This document shows, piece by piece, positions 24,714 through 33,517 of a DNA stretch of 44,836 nt. This DNA is from Pseudobdellovibrionaceae bacterium (GTDB lineage: Bacteria > Bdellovibrionota > Bdellovibrionia > Bdellovibrionales > JAMPXM01): NCBI GenBank assembly GCA_023701225.1, contig JAMPXM010000002.1, forward strand, positions 1-44,836, given 5' to 3'. Each line of letters starts with the position of its first letter. Within the stretch, counting starts at the first letter, position 1. The notes under the pieces were generated by a model. It made no database searches and was not told where the DNA came from. It saw nothing but the letters and a program-made list of their open reading frames with translations. The position numbers and the translations under genes were made by a program.

Positions 24714-27710
24714 TTAGCGACGATCTTGCCGCGCCATGAAGTAGAGGTTGTACATTTCCATCAGGTCCGCTTTACCCTGGGCGACCGAAGCGCCTCCGGC
24801 GTCGTCATTCAAAATCGAATTGACGATACCGTAAGCGTACGGATTCTTCTGCTTACCCACCAAGTAATACAAACCATTGATTTCAACGTATCCAACCTCG
24901 TCACCGGCGGCGAAGCCCGCGACACGGCTCTCACCCAAACGTAAAGCGTGCGCGTCTTTATCGGCGCCCACTTCAATGCCGAAGTTCGACTTCATCTCGA
25001 CGGCCGTGTAGCGCTGCACTTGGATACGGTCGATGTTGCCGCTATCGTCTATATTGTAGCTGTCAGTCGACGTGATGCTATACAGAGCCCGTGTCGAATT
25101 GATGAACCACGGTTGCATGTCCACGCGAGTCGTCAGTTGGTTTTCGTAGATGTTGTCCAAGAGATTCGCGAACTCCGGCTCCGACTGGAACGTCATGAAC
25201 GAAGCGTAAGACATCGGTTTGTTCGGATGATAAGGAAGACCATCATTCCCCATGAAGAACAGCATGGCGTAGACCTTGTCCGACAAAATCCCGACACGTT
25301 TCACTTCGCCGCTGAAGAGATCGTATTCGGTATCGTACGGACGATCCGAAGCCTTCTGTTGAATCACGGCATCAAAAAAGGCAATCGTCAAACGCACAGC
25401 TTTCTTCGCGTCCTCGCCGATCAATTTCGCCGTTTCCTCGACATCTTCCGGTGACAAACCTTTGCGTGAAAGTTCCTCTCCGACCGTGTTGCGATCCAGC
25501 GCCCGCCGCCACAGCAACAAGAACTTCTTCATGTTGTACATGTCCCAGAACACATCATCGTCGTAGCCCGATGTATTCCAGTATTGGCGGTTGTAACGAT
25601 AGTTCCGCACATGATAGGAGTCGTCGTACGTGCGGATCATGCTCATCGCCACTTCAGATGGCGTCGAGCCATAATCGAAGCGATTGCAAAGCGCATTGAG
25701 GATCGTGTGCTCGTCCGTGCAGAACAAATACGACTTGGTCGGCTCGACTTTGCCATATGAATACGCGTGCGAGAGCGCCGCGACGTCATAAGGTTCCCAG
25801 TTGTATGCAACGTCTGTCTCGTGCTCGAGATCCATATAGTCCATGACGGAAGACGTATGCGAAACCTGCGCGTTCGCGGTTCCATGAGCAACGGGCTCGT
25901 GATCGTGGAAATGGCCAAAGTTCGCCGAATCGACGGAACCATAGAAATTATGGCGCAAACCCAAATTGTGCCCGAACTCATGAATGGCCACACGATGGAG
26001 AATCGACTGCAGGACTTTCTTCGCATCCTGGCCATCTAAAACCATCTTGCGCGCTTGCGAAAGCACGGGCTGGACAGGATATGTCTGAACCGTGCGTCGA
26101 TCCGAAGCTTCCATAATCGCCTTCGACAGGGCCCGACGCGCTCCTTCGCGAAGCGCGAACATCGGCTTCATATCCACGACTTTGTCCGGCAGTCTCCGCT
26201 GCAGCTTTTCCAACGACTTGAACTCAAACAATTTGTCCGCAAGCGCATCGGCCTTCGGGGCGGACGAAGTGAAGCGACCCCAACCCGTATAGCCATAGGT
26301 CACGTTGGGCAAGATCTCTTGGTAGGCCTTGCCGTGACCTCGAGTCAGATCCCAGCGATTCACCCACTCCTCTTCCGGCTCCTCCAAAAGGGATCGCATA
26401 TGCGCGTACAGAGTCGAGTCTTTCGATTGTGTTTTCTGACGATCTTGCTGATCGGCGATACGCTGGAGGTAATACTTCAGGTATCCAGTCCAGATGATCG
26501 TATTTGAGGTGAGAATCTCACCCGTGAGCGGATCCGCATCCGACGGGCCATAACCCAGTGGCGCGCCACCCGGATCTATTTCTTCTACGAAGTTCACGAA
26601 GGAGTAGCGTCCATCGCCGAACTCCTTCACTTTGCCTTTTACAGCCGGAGGACCATCGTCGTTGTTCCACATCCGGAACCGCAGCTTCGCGCCGGCTTTT
26701 GCTAAGACTTCATTCGTGCGCGCGATCGCGCCGACCTTCGGGTCATTGAAGTACCATTTGTATTCTTCCTTCACGCCGGGCGCGAAATAGATATCGACGA
26801 ACTCGCGGTTCGGATTCCAGATGTTCTTCAGGATTACGTTTTCCGGTAATCCGCGCGTCTCGTTCATACGCTCGACCACGGTCTGAAAGAAACCGAAGCG
26901 CTTCATCTCAGGGTCGGATTCTCCCTTGTAAGCGCTAGGTTTGAAATTGGGCGAGACCTGGCGCTCCCAGAACGAATACTTGTAGTGCACGGTGTACGTG
27001 AAATCACTCTGCATCATTCGCTTCGCCGATGGGCAGCTATTCACGTAATCGACTGCGACGGTGAAGTGGATCGCATCCGGCTCGATCTTCAAACTATCAT
27101 CCGCTAAATGCGACGCTTTGGGGGCCCAGCAGTCCGAATAGCTTTGCCAGTAAACGGCCGGGAACGTGCCGTTCTCGGCGATTTCCGCCTTCGACCAGTC
27201 GACTTGGAAATACCGTTTTTGATCCCAGCGTTTGTCAGGATCCTCGGTCTCTTTACTGGTGACGTTACCATCGCTCTCGGCGAGCTTGAAATCATGATGT
27301 GTCACGCTCCAGGAGTTGATCAGCTCCGGCAAGACCGACCCTTTCGGCTGGTAGAGCGAAACCGCGTCGAAAAACTTCAACTTGTCGCGTGTGAATTCAA
27401 AGTACCCCAGACGCGCATCACTCTGAAACCCGACAAAGGCGAATCCGCCGTTGGTGCTGGTGCGTACAACCGTCACTTTCGAATTCCAAATCTTGCGTTC
27501 TGGCGTACCAGTCTTGGCAAGACCCACGGTGAACGCGTCTTTGACAAGATTATTGCGCTCGGGATCCTTATTGCGCTCCACCGGGCGCTCTTTGGCGCAG
27601 CCCATCGTCAAAGTAAGAGACAGCGCCAGTGTCAGATTCAGTGCGGAAACGATCGCGAACGGCAGAAAAGATGATTTCATTTTTTTGGTGGTCATATTTG
27701 AGGCTTTCAT
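24714..27710 (-). CDS. large zinc-dependent metalloprotease lipoprotein (DUF4953/DUF5117-like family)
   Basis: Lipobox LTLTMGCAKE. The zinc site VAIHEFGHNLGLRHNFYGS (HExxH plus the LGLRHNF extension) is typical of that family as I recall it. Confidence 0.8.
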   Translation of the reverse strand: MKASNMTTKKMKSSFLPFAIVSALNLTLALSLTLTMGCAKERPVERNKDPERNNLVKDAFTVGLAKTGTPERKIWNSKVTVVRTSTNGGFAFVGFQSDARLGYFEFTRDKLKFFDAVSLYQPKGSVLPELINSWSVTHHDFKLAESDGNVTSKETEDPDKRWDQKRYFQVDWSKAEIAENGTFPAVYWQSYSDCWAPKASHLADDSLKIEPDAIHFTVAVDYVNSCPSAKRMMQSDFTYTVHYKYSFWERQVSPNFKPSAYKGESDPEMKRFGFFQTVVERMNETRGLPENVILKNIWNPNREFVDIYFAPGVKEEYKWYFNDPKVGAIARTNEVLAKAGAKLRFRMWNNDDGPPAVKGKVKEFGDGRYSFVNFVEEIDPGGAPLGYGPSDADPLTGEILTSNTIIWTGYLKYYLQRIADQQDRQKTQSKDSTLYAHMRSLLEEPEEEWVNRWDLTRGHGKAYQEILPNVTYGYTGWGRFTSSAPKADALADKLFEFKSLEKLQRRLPDKVVDMKPMFALREGARRALSKAIMEASDRRTVQTYPVQPVLSQARKMVLDGQDAKKVLQSILHRVAIHEFGHNLGLRHNFYGSVDSANFGHFHDHEPVAHGTANAQVSHTSSVMDYMDLEHETDVAYNWEPYDVAALSHAYSYGKVEPTKSYLFCTDEHTILNALCNRFDYGSTPSEVAMSMIRTYDDSYHVRNYRYNRQYWNTSGYDDDVFWDMYNMKKFLLLWRRALDRNTVGEELSRKGLSPEDVEETAKLIGEDAKKAVRLTIAFFDAVIQQKASDRPYDTEYDLFSGEVKRVGILSDKVYAMLFFMGNDGLPYHPNKPMSYASFMTFQSEPEFANLLDNIYENQLTTRVDMQPWFINSTRALYSITSTDSYNIDDSGNIDRIQVQRYTAVEMKSNFGIEVGADKDAHALRLGESRVAGFAAGDEVGYVEINGLYYLVGKQKNPYAYGIVNSILNDDAGGASVAQGKADLMEMYNLYFMARQDRR

Positions 27711-29677
27711 TTCTGCACCTCGCTCGGATGAGCATAAACGGTGACAAGGGACAACTCGCGGTCCGAGAAATCAAACCGCAGCTTCTGCGCTGGGAAGAAG
27801 AGCGACTCCAAACGGCCCGTGTCTCGACGGTCATTGACTTGAAAATACGGGCAATCAAAATCGGCCGACTTCTGCTGAGCCGCGGCGATCGTGCTTTGGA
27901 TCCTCTCCAGAACCTCGCGCGCATCATCGCCGGGAGCCGCGTTCAAATCTTTGATTCCGCAGATATGCGTGACCGCGGCGGCGCCGGACGAAATACTCGA
28001 GACCCGCAATCCACCCGCTTCGGCGCGGTCCGGAACCAGTCCCAAACGCGTGTTGATGGTCCCCATCGTGACCGCGGACTGAATCTGATACTCGCGTCGA
28101 CTGCCATCGTAACTGACAGACAGAGTCGTCTTGTCGGCGTAGGATGCCCGCTCTTCTCCGCTCTGACCGGGCAAAAGAACAGTGGCCTCGCCGCGCCCAA
28201 GATCGATGTCTTTTAGCTTCACTGCGTCGCCGAGCTGAAAGCCCGCCATCTTCGTTTCTCCAGCCACGTAAGGAGTCACAAGCGCGGGAATGATCAAACG
28301 GTCCGCCACCGAAGAAACATCCGATACGGAGACATAGTTCAGCATCTTCGTCGCTTCGGAGAACGAGAACGAAACGACACGGCCCGAGCCGGCTTTTTTA
28401 TCAAAGTTAAGGACGTACGCGTCGTACTTTTTCTTACCTGTGGGTTTATGCAGCCCCGACACTTGCGCAAGGGTCTGACCGCCGCGCTTACTGAACTCGG
28501 TCTTTAGAAGATCGACTAAACTTTGAACGAAGTCGACATGCAGCGCTTCGAGAATCGGCAGATTGAGATGGACATACATTTTGTCTTCGACTTCGTCGCC
28601 GGACGCGAGGCCCAAACCAAAGCCGTTTTTGTCGATGCGCAACTCGATCAATTGACCATTGATGCGGAGTTTGTTGGGATAAATACCATAGACCGTGACG
28701 CCTTTGAGACGTTCCGTCATCAGTGGCTCCGTCTTATAGGTGCGCGAGAAGTCCGACCTTGTCATATCGAGATAGACACCCGCGTAGGATTTGCCGATGG
28801 AGTTGTAGCTCACCTCGGTTTTACCGTTCTCGCCGTTGATCGCGAGAATTTCTTGCCAAGTTTGGCCGAGCTTGATCCTGGAACCTTCGCTTTCCGGCAC
28901 AAGGAATTCGCCGCTGATCAGATCGAGATCATGATGGAGTTTTCCAAAGTTTTGCTCGTCCACGTCGTCCAGTCGCAGAATGAAAAGAGTCTTGCGGGAT
29001 TTTGAGATCAAGAGCACGAGCTTCGCCGTATAAAACGTGATTGCGTCTTCGGATGGAGTCTCCCAACCGATGACTTTACATCTTCCCGTCTTCAAACAGT
29101 TGAAGCCCTCGGGACTTTTTTCAAAATGATTGTAGAGGTCGACGAGAAACTGCTCACCCGTCGGATCGCCTTCGAAAAAGCGCGAGAGATCTTCGCCCAG
29201 TTTCCATTTTCCGAACTTTCCGCCGACATCAAACGTGCCGAGGTAGTCCTGCCACATCAAAATGGACTGTGCCGTGCGGGGTTCGGTCTTACGCCAGGTA
29301 ATTTGCATTCCCGATTTGTGGCCAGTCACGCCATCATCGTCCGGTCCATAACTCGGCCGAGAGAGAAGCTTCAACGAGTCCTTGTATTCGGTTTTAAAGG
29401 TGATGCCGCCAGCACCAACACCATAAATGATCGGTTCGTTGGCATTGCGACGCGTGAGCGCATCTTGATCGACGGATGTCTCAGGTTCCTCGACCGGTTC
29501 CGCCGGCGCCTTCTCATGACCGATACCGCCAAGATCCGGAAGACCTGGGCTCGAAGCAGAGGTCGGTGTCTGATTCGGAAATTGCCGGGGCCCGTCGCCA
29601 CAGCCAGAAGCACCTGCTGCAAGCGCCAGCCATAGACCGAGTGCGAACCGAGTCTGCTTGATATTCAAGATCTTCAT
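27707..29677 (-). CDS. lipoprotein, unknown function (first gene of metalloprotease operon)
   Basis: Lipobox LAAGASGCGDG. 656 aa. The stop overlaps the metalloprotease start by 4 nt (ATGA). Confidence 0.65.
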   Translation of the reverse strand: MKILNIKQTRFALGLWLALAAGASGCGDGPRQFPNQTPTSASSPGLPDLGGIGHEKAPAEPVEEPETSVDQDALTRRNANEPIIYGVGAGGITFKTEYKDSLKLLSRPSYGPDDDGVTGHKSGMQITWRKTEPRTAQSILMWQDYLGTFDVGGKFGKWKLGEDLSRFFEGDPTGEQFLVDLYNHFEKSPEGFNCLKTGRCKVIGWETPSEDAITFYTAKLVLLISKSRKTLFILRLDDVDEQNFGKLHHDLDLISGEFLVPESEGSRIKLGQTWQEILAINGENGKTEVSYNSIGKSYAGVYLDMTRSDFSRTYKTEPLMTERLKGVTVYGIYPNKLRINGQLIELRIDKNGFGLGLASGDEVEDKMYVHLNLPILEALHVDFVQSLVDLLKTEFSKRGGQTLAQVSGLHKPTGKKKYDAYVLNFDKKAGSGRVVSFSFSEATKMLNYVSVSDVSSVADRLIIPALVTPYVAGETKMAGFQLGDAVKLKDIDLGRGEATVLLPGQSGEERASYADKTTLSVSYDGSRREYQIQSAVTMGTINTRLGLVPDRAEAGGLRVSSISSGAAAVTHICGIKDLNAAPGDDAREVLERIQSTIAAAQQKSADFDCPYFQVNDRRDTGRLESLFFPAQKLRFDFSDRELSLVTVYAHPSEVQK

Positions 29678-29880
29678 CGCCTATCACCCTATCGGTTGAA
29701 GAGAACACAGGAAGTGGAGTCATTTTGATGCCCACTCATCTCCAAGATTCAAAGAGTCTGCAAGTCTCATACACAAAAAGAAGTGTCAAAGCGGCCCCGC
29801 GCCACATCCCATTGCGCCCCACAACAGACCCGCAGGCATTCCATCGCGAAGTGACAATTCAGGGCGATAAGTGTCTAAAT

Positions 29881-29907
29881 AACAATAATTGCTGTAACAA
29901 TAATTGC
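29881..29907. repeat. 12-bp direct repeat aacaataattgc x2 with 15-bp period
   Basis: Read directly: 29881-29892 and 29896-29907, about 200 bp upstream of the minus-strand operon start at 29677. Confidence 0.9.
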
Positions 29908-30356
29908 AGCGAGCGACTCAAATCAGCGGGCGGAGACATCGGCGGAGAGAGTTTGGCTCAACGCCGTCGCCAACGGCTGCCGCGACGAATGATTCTCGTC
30001 CGCACGAGCCGCCAAAGTGAATAAGGCCACAAAGAAGATCGTGAAGAGGAGAAGCTCCCACATACTTCCGGCCCGTTCCTGAGTCGGCCATTGCGACCGA
30101 TTCTTTATGTTCTTCATCGCTAACGTCCTACCTGCCATGTCCGAAGACCGACACGACCGCAGGATTGTAGGCAAGATCAGCGCCAAGTGAACGCGGGATT
30201 TCGGCTGTGTTCAGGGACGCAGTTTATCGAAGCGACTCAAGAACGCCGACACTGTGACAAAGAAGGGCAACAATTTGTGCCCCTTTTCAGGATTCATGTT
30301 CAGCTTGCACGACCGACAATTTTTCTGAAACAGGCGGAGGTCGTCGGCACTTCGAG

Positions 30357-30923
30357 TTAAATGCGCCTGAGAATGCCGCGAACATGCCGGGGATACCACG
30401 GACCACCGGCACCTCGTTGGCATTGCTGGGTCCACTCGCCGTTCCTGCCGAAGACGATGTATGAGGACAGATATCTCTCTTGTTGTTCTCGGGCCGCCGC
30501 CTGGCAAATCTCTCGCTGATGGCCTCGACTGAATTCCGGAATTGGGAACGCTCGAGCAATCGCGCTGCAGCCACGCCTCCTGCTGGAAACTTCAATTAGA
30601 CAATACGTAAACTCTTTCTTATCTTCGACTCGCTCGGCACCACGAGCGCTCGAATAGAACTCTATGGTCGCACTGTAATCCTCTATGCGTGGGCAATCCG
30701 GCCTTAATAATCCGTCTGCAAGAGAAAGGACTGGCATGGATTGTCCAGAGTAAGTCGTCTCTTTAAAAATGTGTCTGTCGACAAGCACACATTTCCCGGC
30801 GGGCACCTGTGCGGAGAGCTGAGGTCGGGAATCAGCCGAGAAACTTGCGACTTCACTATCGGCCATAGAAGACAAACTAAATAAGCATGATAAAAGCAAA
30901 ACGATAACCCTTGAATTCGCCAC
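30357..30923 (-). CDS. secreted hypothetical protein (3-prime third of the frame looks non-protein-like; possible frameshift)
   Basis: AGGAGA sits 6 nt upstream of the GTG at 30923. Signal peptide VANSRVIVLLLSCLFSLSSMA. After ~aa 115 the frame becomes R/Q/G-rich and atypical. Confidence 0.4.
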   Translation of the reverse strand: MANSRVIVLLLSCLFSLSSMADSEVASFSADSRPQLSAQVPAGKCVLVDRHIFKETTYSGQSMPVLSLADGLLRPDCPRIEDYSATIEFYSSARGAERVEDKKEFTYCLIEVSSRRRGCSAIARAFPIPEFSRGHQREICQAAAREQQERYLSSYIVFGRNGEWTQQCQRGAGGPWYPRHVRGILRRI

Positions 30924-31273
30924 GATAAATCTCCTCAATTCATTTCATTTCATTTACCCACTGCATGACAGCTGCAAAGCATGCCAGGCAATTGAGAGGC
31001 CATTTAGCGCTCACGAGTTTTACAAGTAACAGGCGACAAAAGTAACCGCTTGAAAGCACAAGTTTTTTGGTGTCGAACTTGTAGTGCCAGAAATGTCAGA
31101 TTTTGCCAGGGTCGGCTCTATCTCCGGCTTTTAGCGGGGTGAGGCCAAAGGTAAAAGAAATCGTCAGTATTTATGCTGAGATAATTCAGATCGCTGCACC
31201 TCTGGAGGATCTTTCGGCAATACGAGATCGGACGGGTGTAGCCATAGCCCATGCGACGGAGATCCGTGCTCGA

Positions 31274-31304
31274 CCTTGCCCGGGCAGGGTTCTGTTTTTG
31301 TTTT
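31274..31304 (+). terminator. intrinsic-terminator-like hairpin plus T-tract with no recognisable upstream gene
   Basis: ccttgc-ccgg-gcaggg stem-loop (31274-31289, one G-U pair) followed by ttctgtttttgtttt (31290-31304). Confidence 0.5.
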
Positions 31305-31365
31305 CGAATTCGATTTCGGTTTCAATTTCCTTTTCGATTTGGATTTGGATTGTTCGTCGGCCCTA

Positions 31366-31394
31366 GGAGTCATGCGATCCGGAGTCATGCGATC
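31366..31394. repeat. 14-bp direct repeat ggagtcatgcgatc x2 (1-nt spacer)
   Basis: Read directly. It lies after a T-rich gattt/ggattt low-complexity stretch (31290-31350). Confidence 0.9.
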
Positions 31395-31739
31395 AAATTC
31401 CAATGCAACTCTTCCGACAAAACGATCAATTTGTTTTCACACTGACGAGTGTGCAGAGACATCGACTTGTGGTCTCGCGACATTTCTATGATTTGATTTT
31501 GTTTATACCTGGGTGTGTTTTGAAGTTGGTATCGTGCCAAACTCAAAACACGCTCTCATGTTACCAGACATGAGAGCGGCTTTCTCGCATCTTTGATGGG
31601 AAAATCGCTTGACACTGTGTTTTGGGATATTGGCTTGTGTGAGATGTATATTCTGATCATTCGCTGGCGACCTCTTACTGCACACGTATTCGACGCCTGT
31701 GACGTGCGTTTTTCGTGCGGGTCGCGCATCGTGGGGTAG

Positions 31740-32345
31740 GAAGCCATCACGGCAGGTGAGCTCACCGTTTCGAAAGCGGTGCGAATTACATCGGTGATCA
31801 ACGCAGAGAATCAGCAGAAATGGATCGGACTGGCTCTGGACCTGCCCAAACGGGACCTGGAACGCGAAGTCGCGCGCGAAAATCCCAGAGCCGCTCATCC
31901 CGAACAAGCTCGGTATCTGGATGCGCACACCTTGGAACTCAGCACTCCACTCTCCGAAGATGGATATAAAAAACTGGAGCGAGTGCGGGAGTTAATGGCT
32001 TCCTCTCGAGGTAAATGGGTGTCTTTGGAGAGCGCGATTGAAAATTTGGCCGAGTTTTATTTGCAGCGAAAAGATCCCGTTCGGCGGGCTGAGCGAGCAG
32101 AACAACGGCAGCGCAATGCGGAATCCATCTCCGACTTCGGTCATGACATTTCTGTTGCGACAGAAACCACAGAAGAGATTCGGACTCCGATTCGAAACAA
32201 GGAGGCAAAGAAAATGCACGACGACGTACCGGGCTTAGTAACGCCCTTGCCTTCAGACGAAAAACTTGCCCGGGCAAGGACCTCCGAGGTTGCTTCGTCA
32301 TTCCTAGAAAAGCAGATACTTGACGCTAGATCCGTCTCGATCTGA
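31740..32345 (+). pseudogene. decayed HNH-endonuclease-family gene (non-catalytic N-terminal region only)
   Basis: ELTVSKAVRITSVINAENQQKWIGLALDLPKRDLEREVARENP...LELSTPLSEDGYKKLERVRELM...LESAIENLAEFYLQRKDPVRRAER resembles the region upstream of the HNH motif in DUF222-like HNH endonucleases. An in-frame TAG at 31737-31739 cuts off upstream similarity. No Cys/His HNH core follows. Confidence 0.4.
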
Positions 32346-32538
32346 AACACCAACGCTTCGCTTCATTATCCCGGCGACATCCGAACGACAAACCCAAAGA
32401 CATCCCTCATGATTCGTCGACTCTGGCGACAGATGTCCGTTTCATCGACACTTTGTTTGCCTAAAAGCAAATACGCGAGGACTCAGTTGGTCCGTCATTT
32501 GCCCTTTCATGTCATGATGTCATCCCGGGGGGGGGACC

Positions 32539-33504
32539 ATGAAATATTTGAAACGACCTGAATTTCGCCTTGCTGCGGCACTCGCCCTTTTCACGGTTTT
32601 AGCCTTCCAGAACTGCTCTCGAGTCGAATTCGCCTCGATTGCGGCGCCGAGCTCGAAAGTCGATGGCAATGAAGGCGTCCTAGAAAATTGGGGTGATGGT
32701 TCGCTTCCTGAAAATGAGCCCGAGCTCAATGACGTCGTTGACGATGAACTCGGCGAGGAAGCCCATACCGACAAACACGTTGGCCACAAGTGCGCGGACG
32801 GCGCGGATGGTGCGATTATTTACGAAGGTCTTCCGGTCGATGCGGATGCCCCGAACCTCGTTCACCGAGACGTGCGCGGAGGCAAGCTTCTGATTGAGCG
32901 TGCCGGCACTTTGGAACTCGACAATATCCGCGGCGGCTCCTTGATCGTTCAACGAGCTGAAAACGTGACAGTGACCCAGAATATCCGTGGTGGTCACAAC
33001 GCGATCGTCGGACGCCAGATCGGCGACATCAGCGATTTGGGCGGTGGCTTCAATCTCTTCAACGCGCTCAGCATCGGCAACGTCTCGAACTTGCGCGGCG
33101 GCGCGATTCGTATCACGGCAAATGAACTCGGCTCGGTATTCGATCTTCGCCAGGGTCACTTGTGCGTGAACGTCGCACGAGCCGGCGCGGTGACGAATGT
33201 CCATGGCGGCCAGCTCTCCTTCATCGGTCGCGGAACGACACAAGCGGTGATCCCATCATTCAGTGATCTGCGCGGCGGAGCCATCGTGATTTCCAATGTG
33301 ACCTCCGACCTGCTCGACAACGTGCACGCAGGCGTGATCATCGTGCGGAACTCGAATATTGCTTCGATCAACAACGTTCGCGGCAGTCTGCGTCTTGAGA
33401 ACAGCACGGTCGGCTCGATCACTGACGTTCGCGGCTCGATCCTTTCGCAGGGCTCGTCCGTCGGTAGCAATACGAACTCCGTCGAAATCGTTCAAATCCC
33501 GTAG
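32539..33504 (+). CDS. lipoprotein with about eleven tandem 17-23-residue (mostly 18-19) RGG-type repeats (predicted beta-solenoid)
   Basis: The signal ends in VLAFQNCS, followed by an acidic linker. From aa 111 come the units DVRGGKLLIERAGTLELDN / IRGGSLIVQRAENVTVTQN / IRGGHNAIVGRQIGDISDL / ... / VRGSILSQG. Confidence 0.7.
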   Translation: MKYLKRPEFRLAAALALFTVLAFQNCSRVEFASIAAPSSKVDGNEGVLENWGDGSLPENEPELNDVVDDELGEEAHTDKHVGHKCADGADGAIIYEGLPVDADAPNLVHRDVRGGKLLIERAGTLELDNIRGGSLIVQRAENVTVTQNIRGGHNAIVGRQIGDISDLGGGFNLFNALSIGNVSNLRGGAIRITANELGSVFDLRQGHLCVNVARAGAVTNVHGGQLSFIGRGTTQAVIPSFSDLRGGAIVISNVTSDLLDNVHAGVIIVRNSNIASINNVRGSLRLENSTVGSITDVRGSILSQGSSVGSNTNSVEIVQIP

Positions 33505-33517
33505 CCGGTGTTCGACC

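Noticed and set aside
31103-31366. 87-aa plus-strand ORF in the long non-coding region
   Set aside because: It reads straight through the terminator hairpin, the T-tract and the gattt low-complexity run (…FLFSNSISVSISFSIWIWIV…), so its coding potential is not credible.
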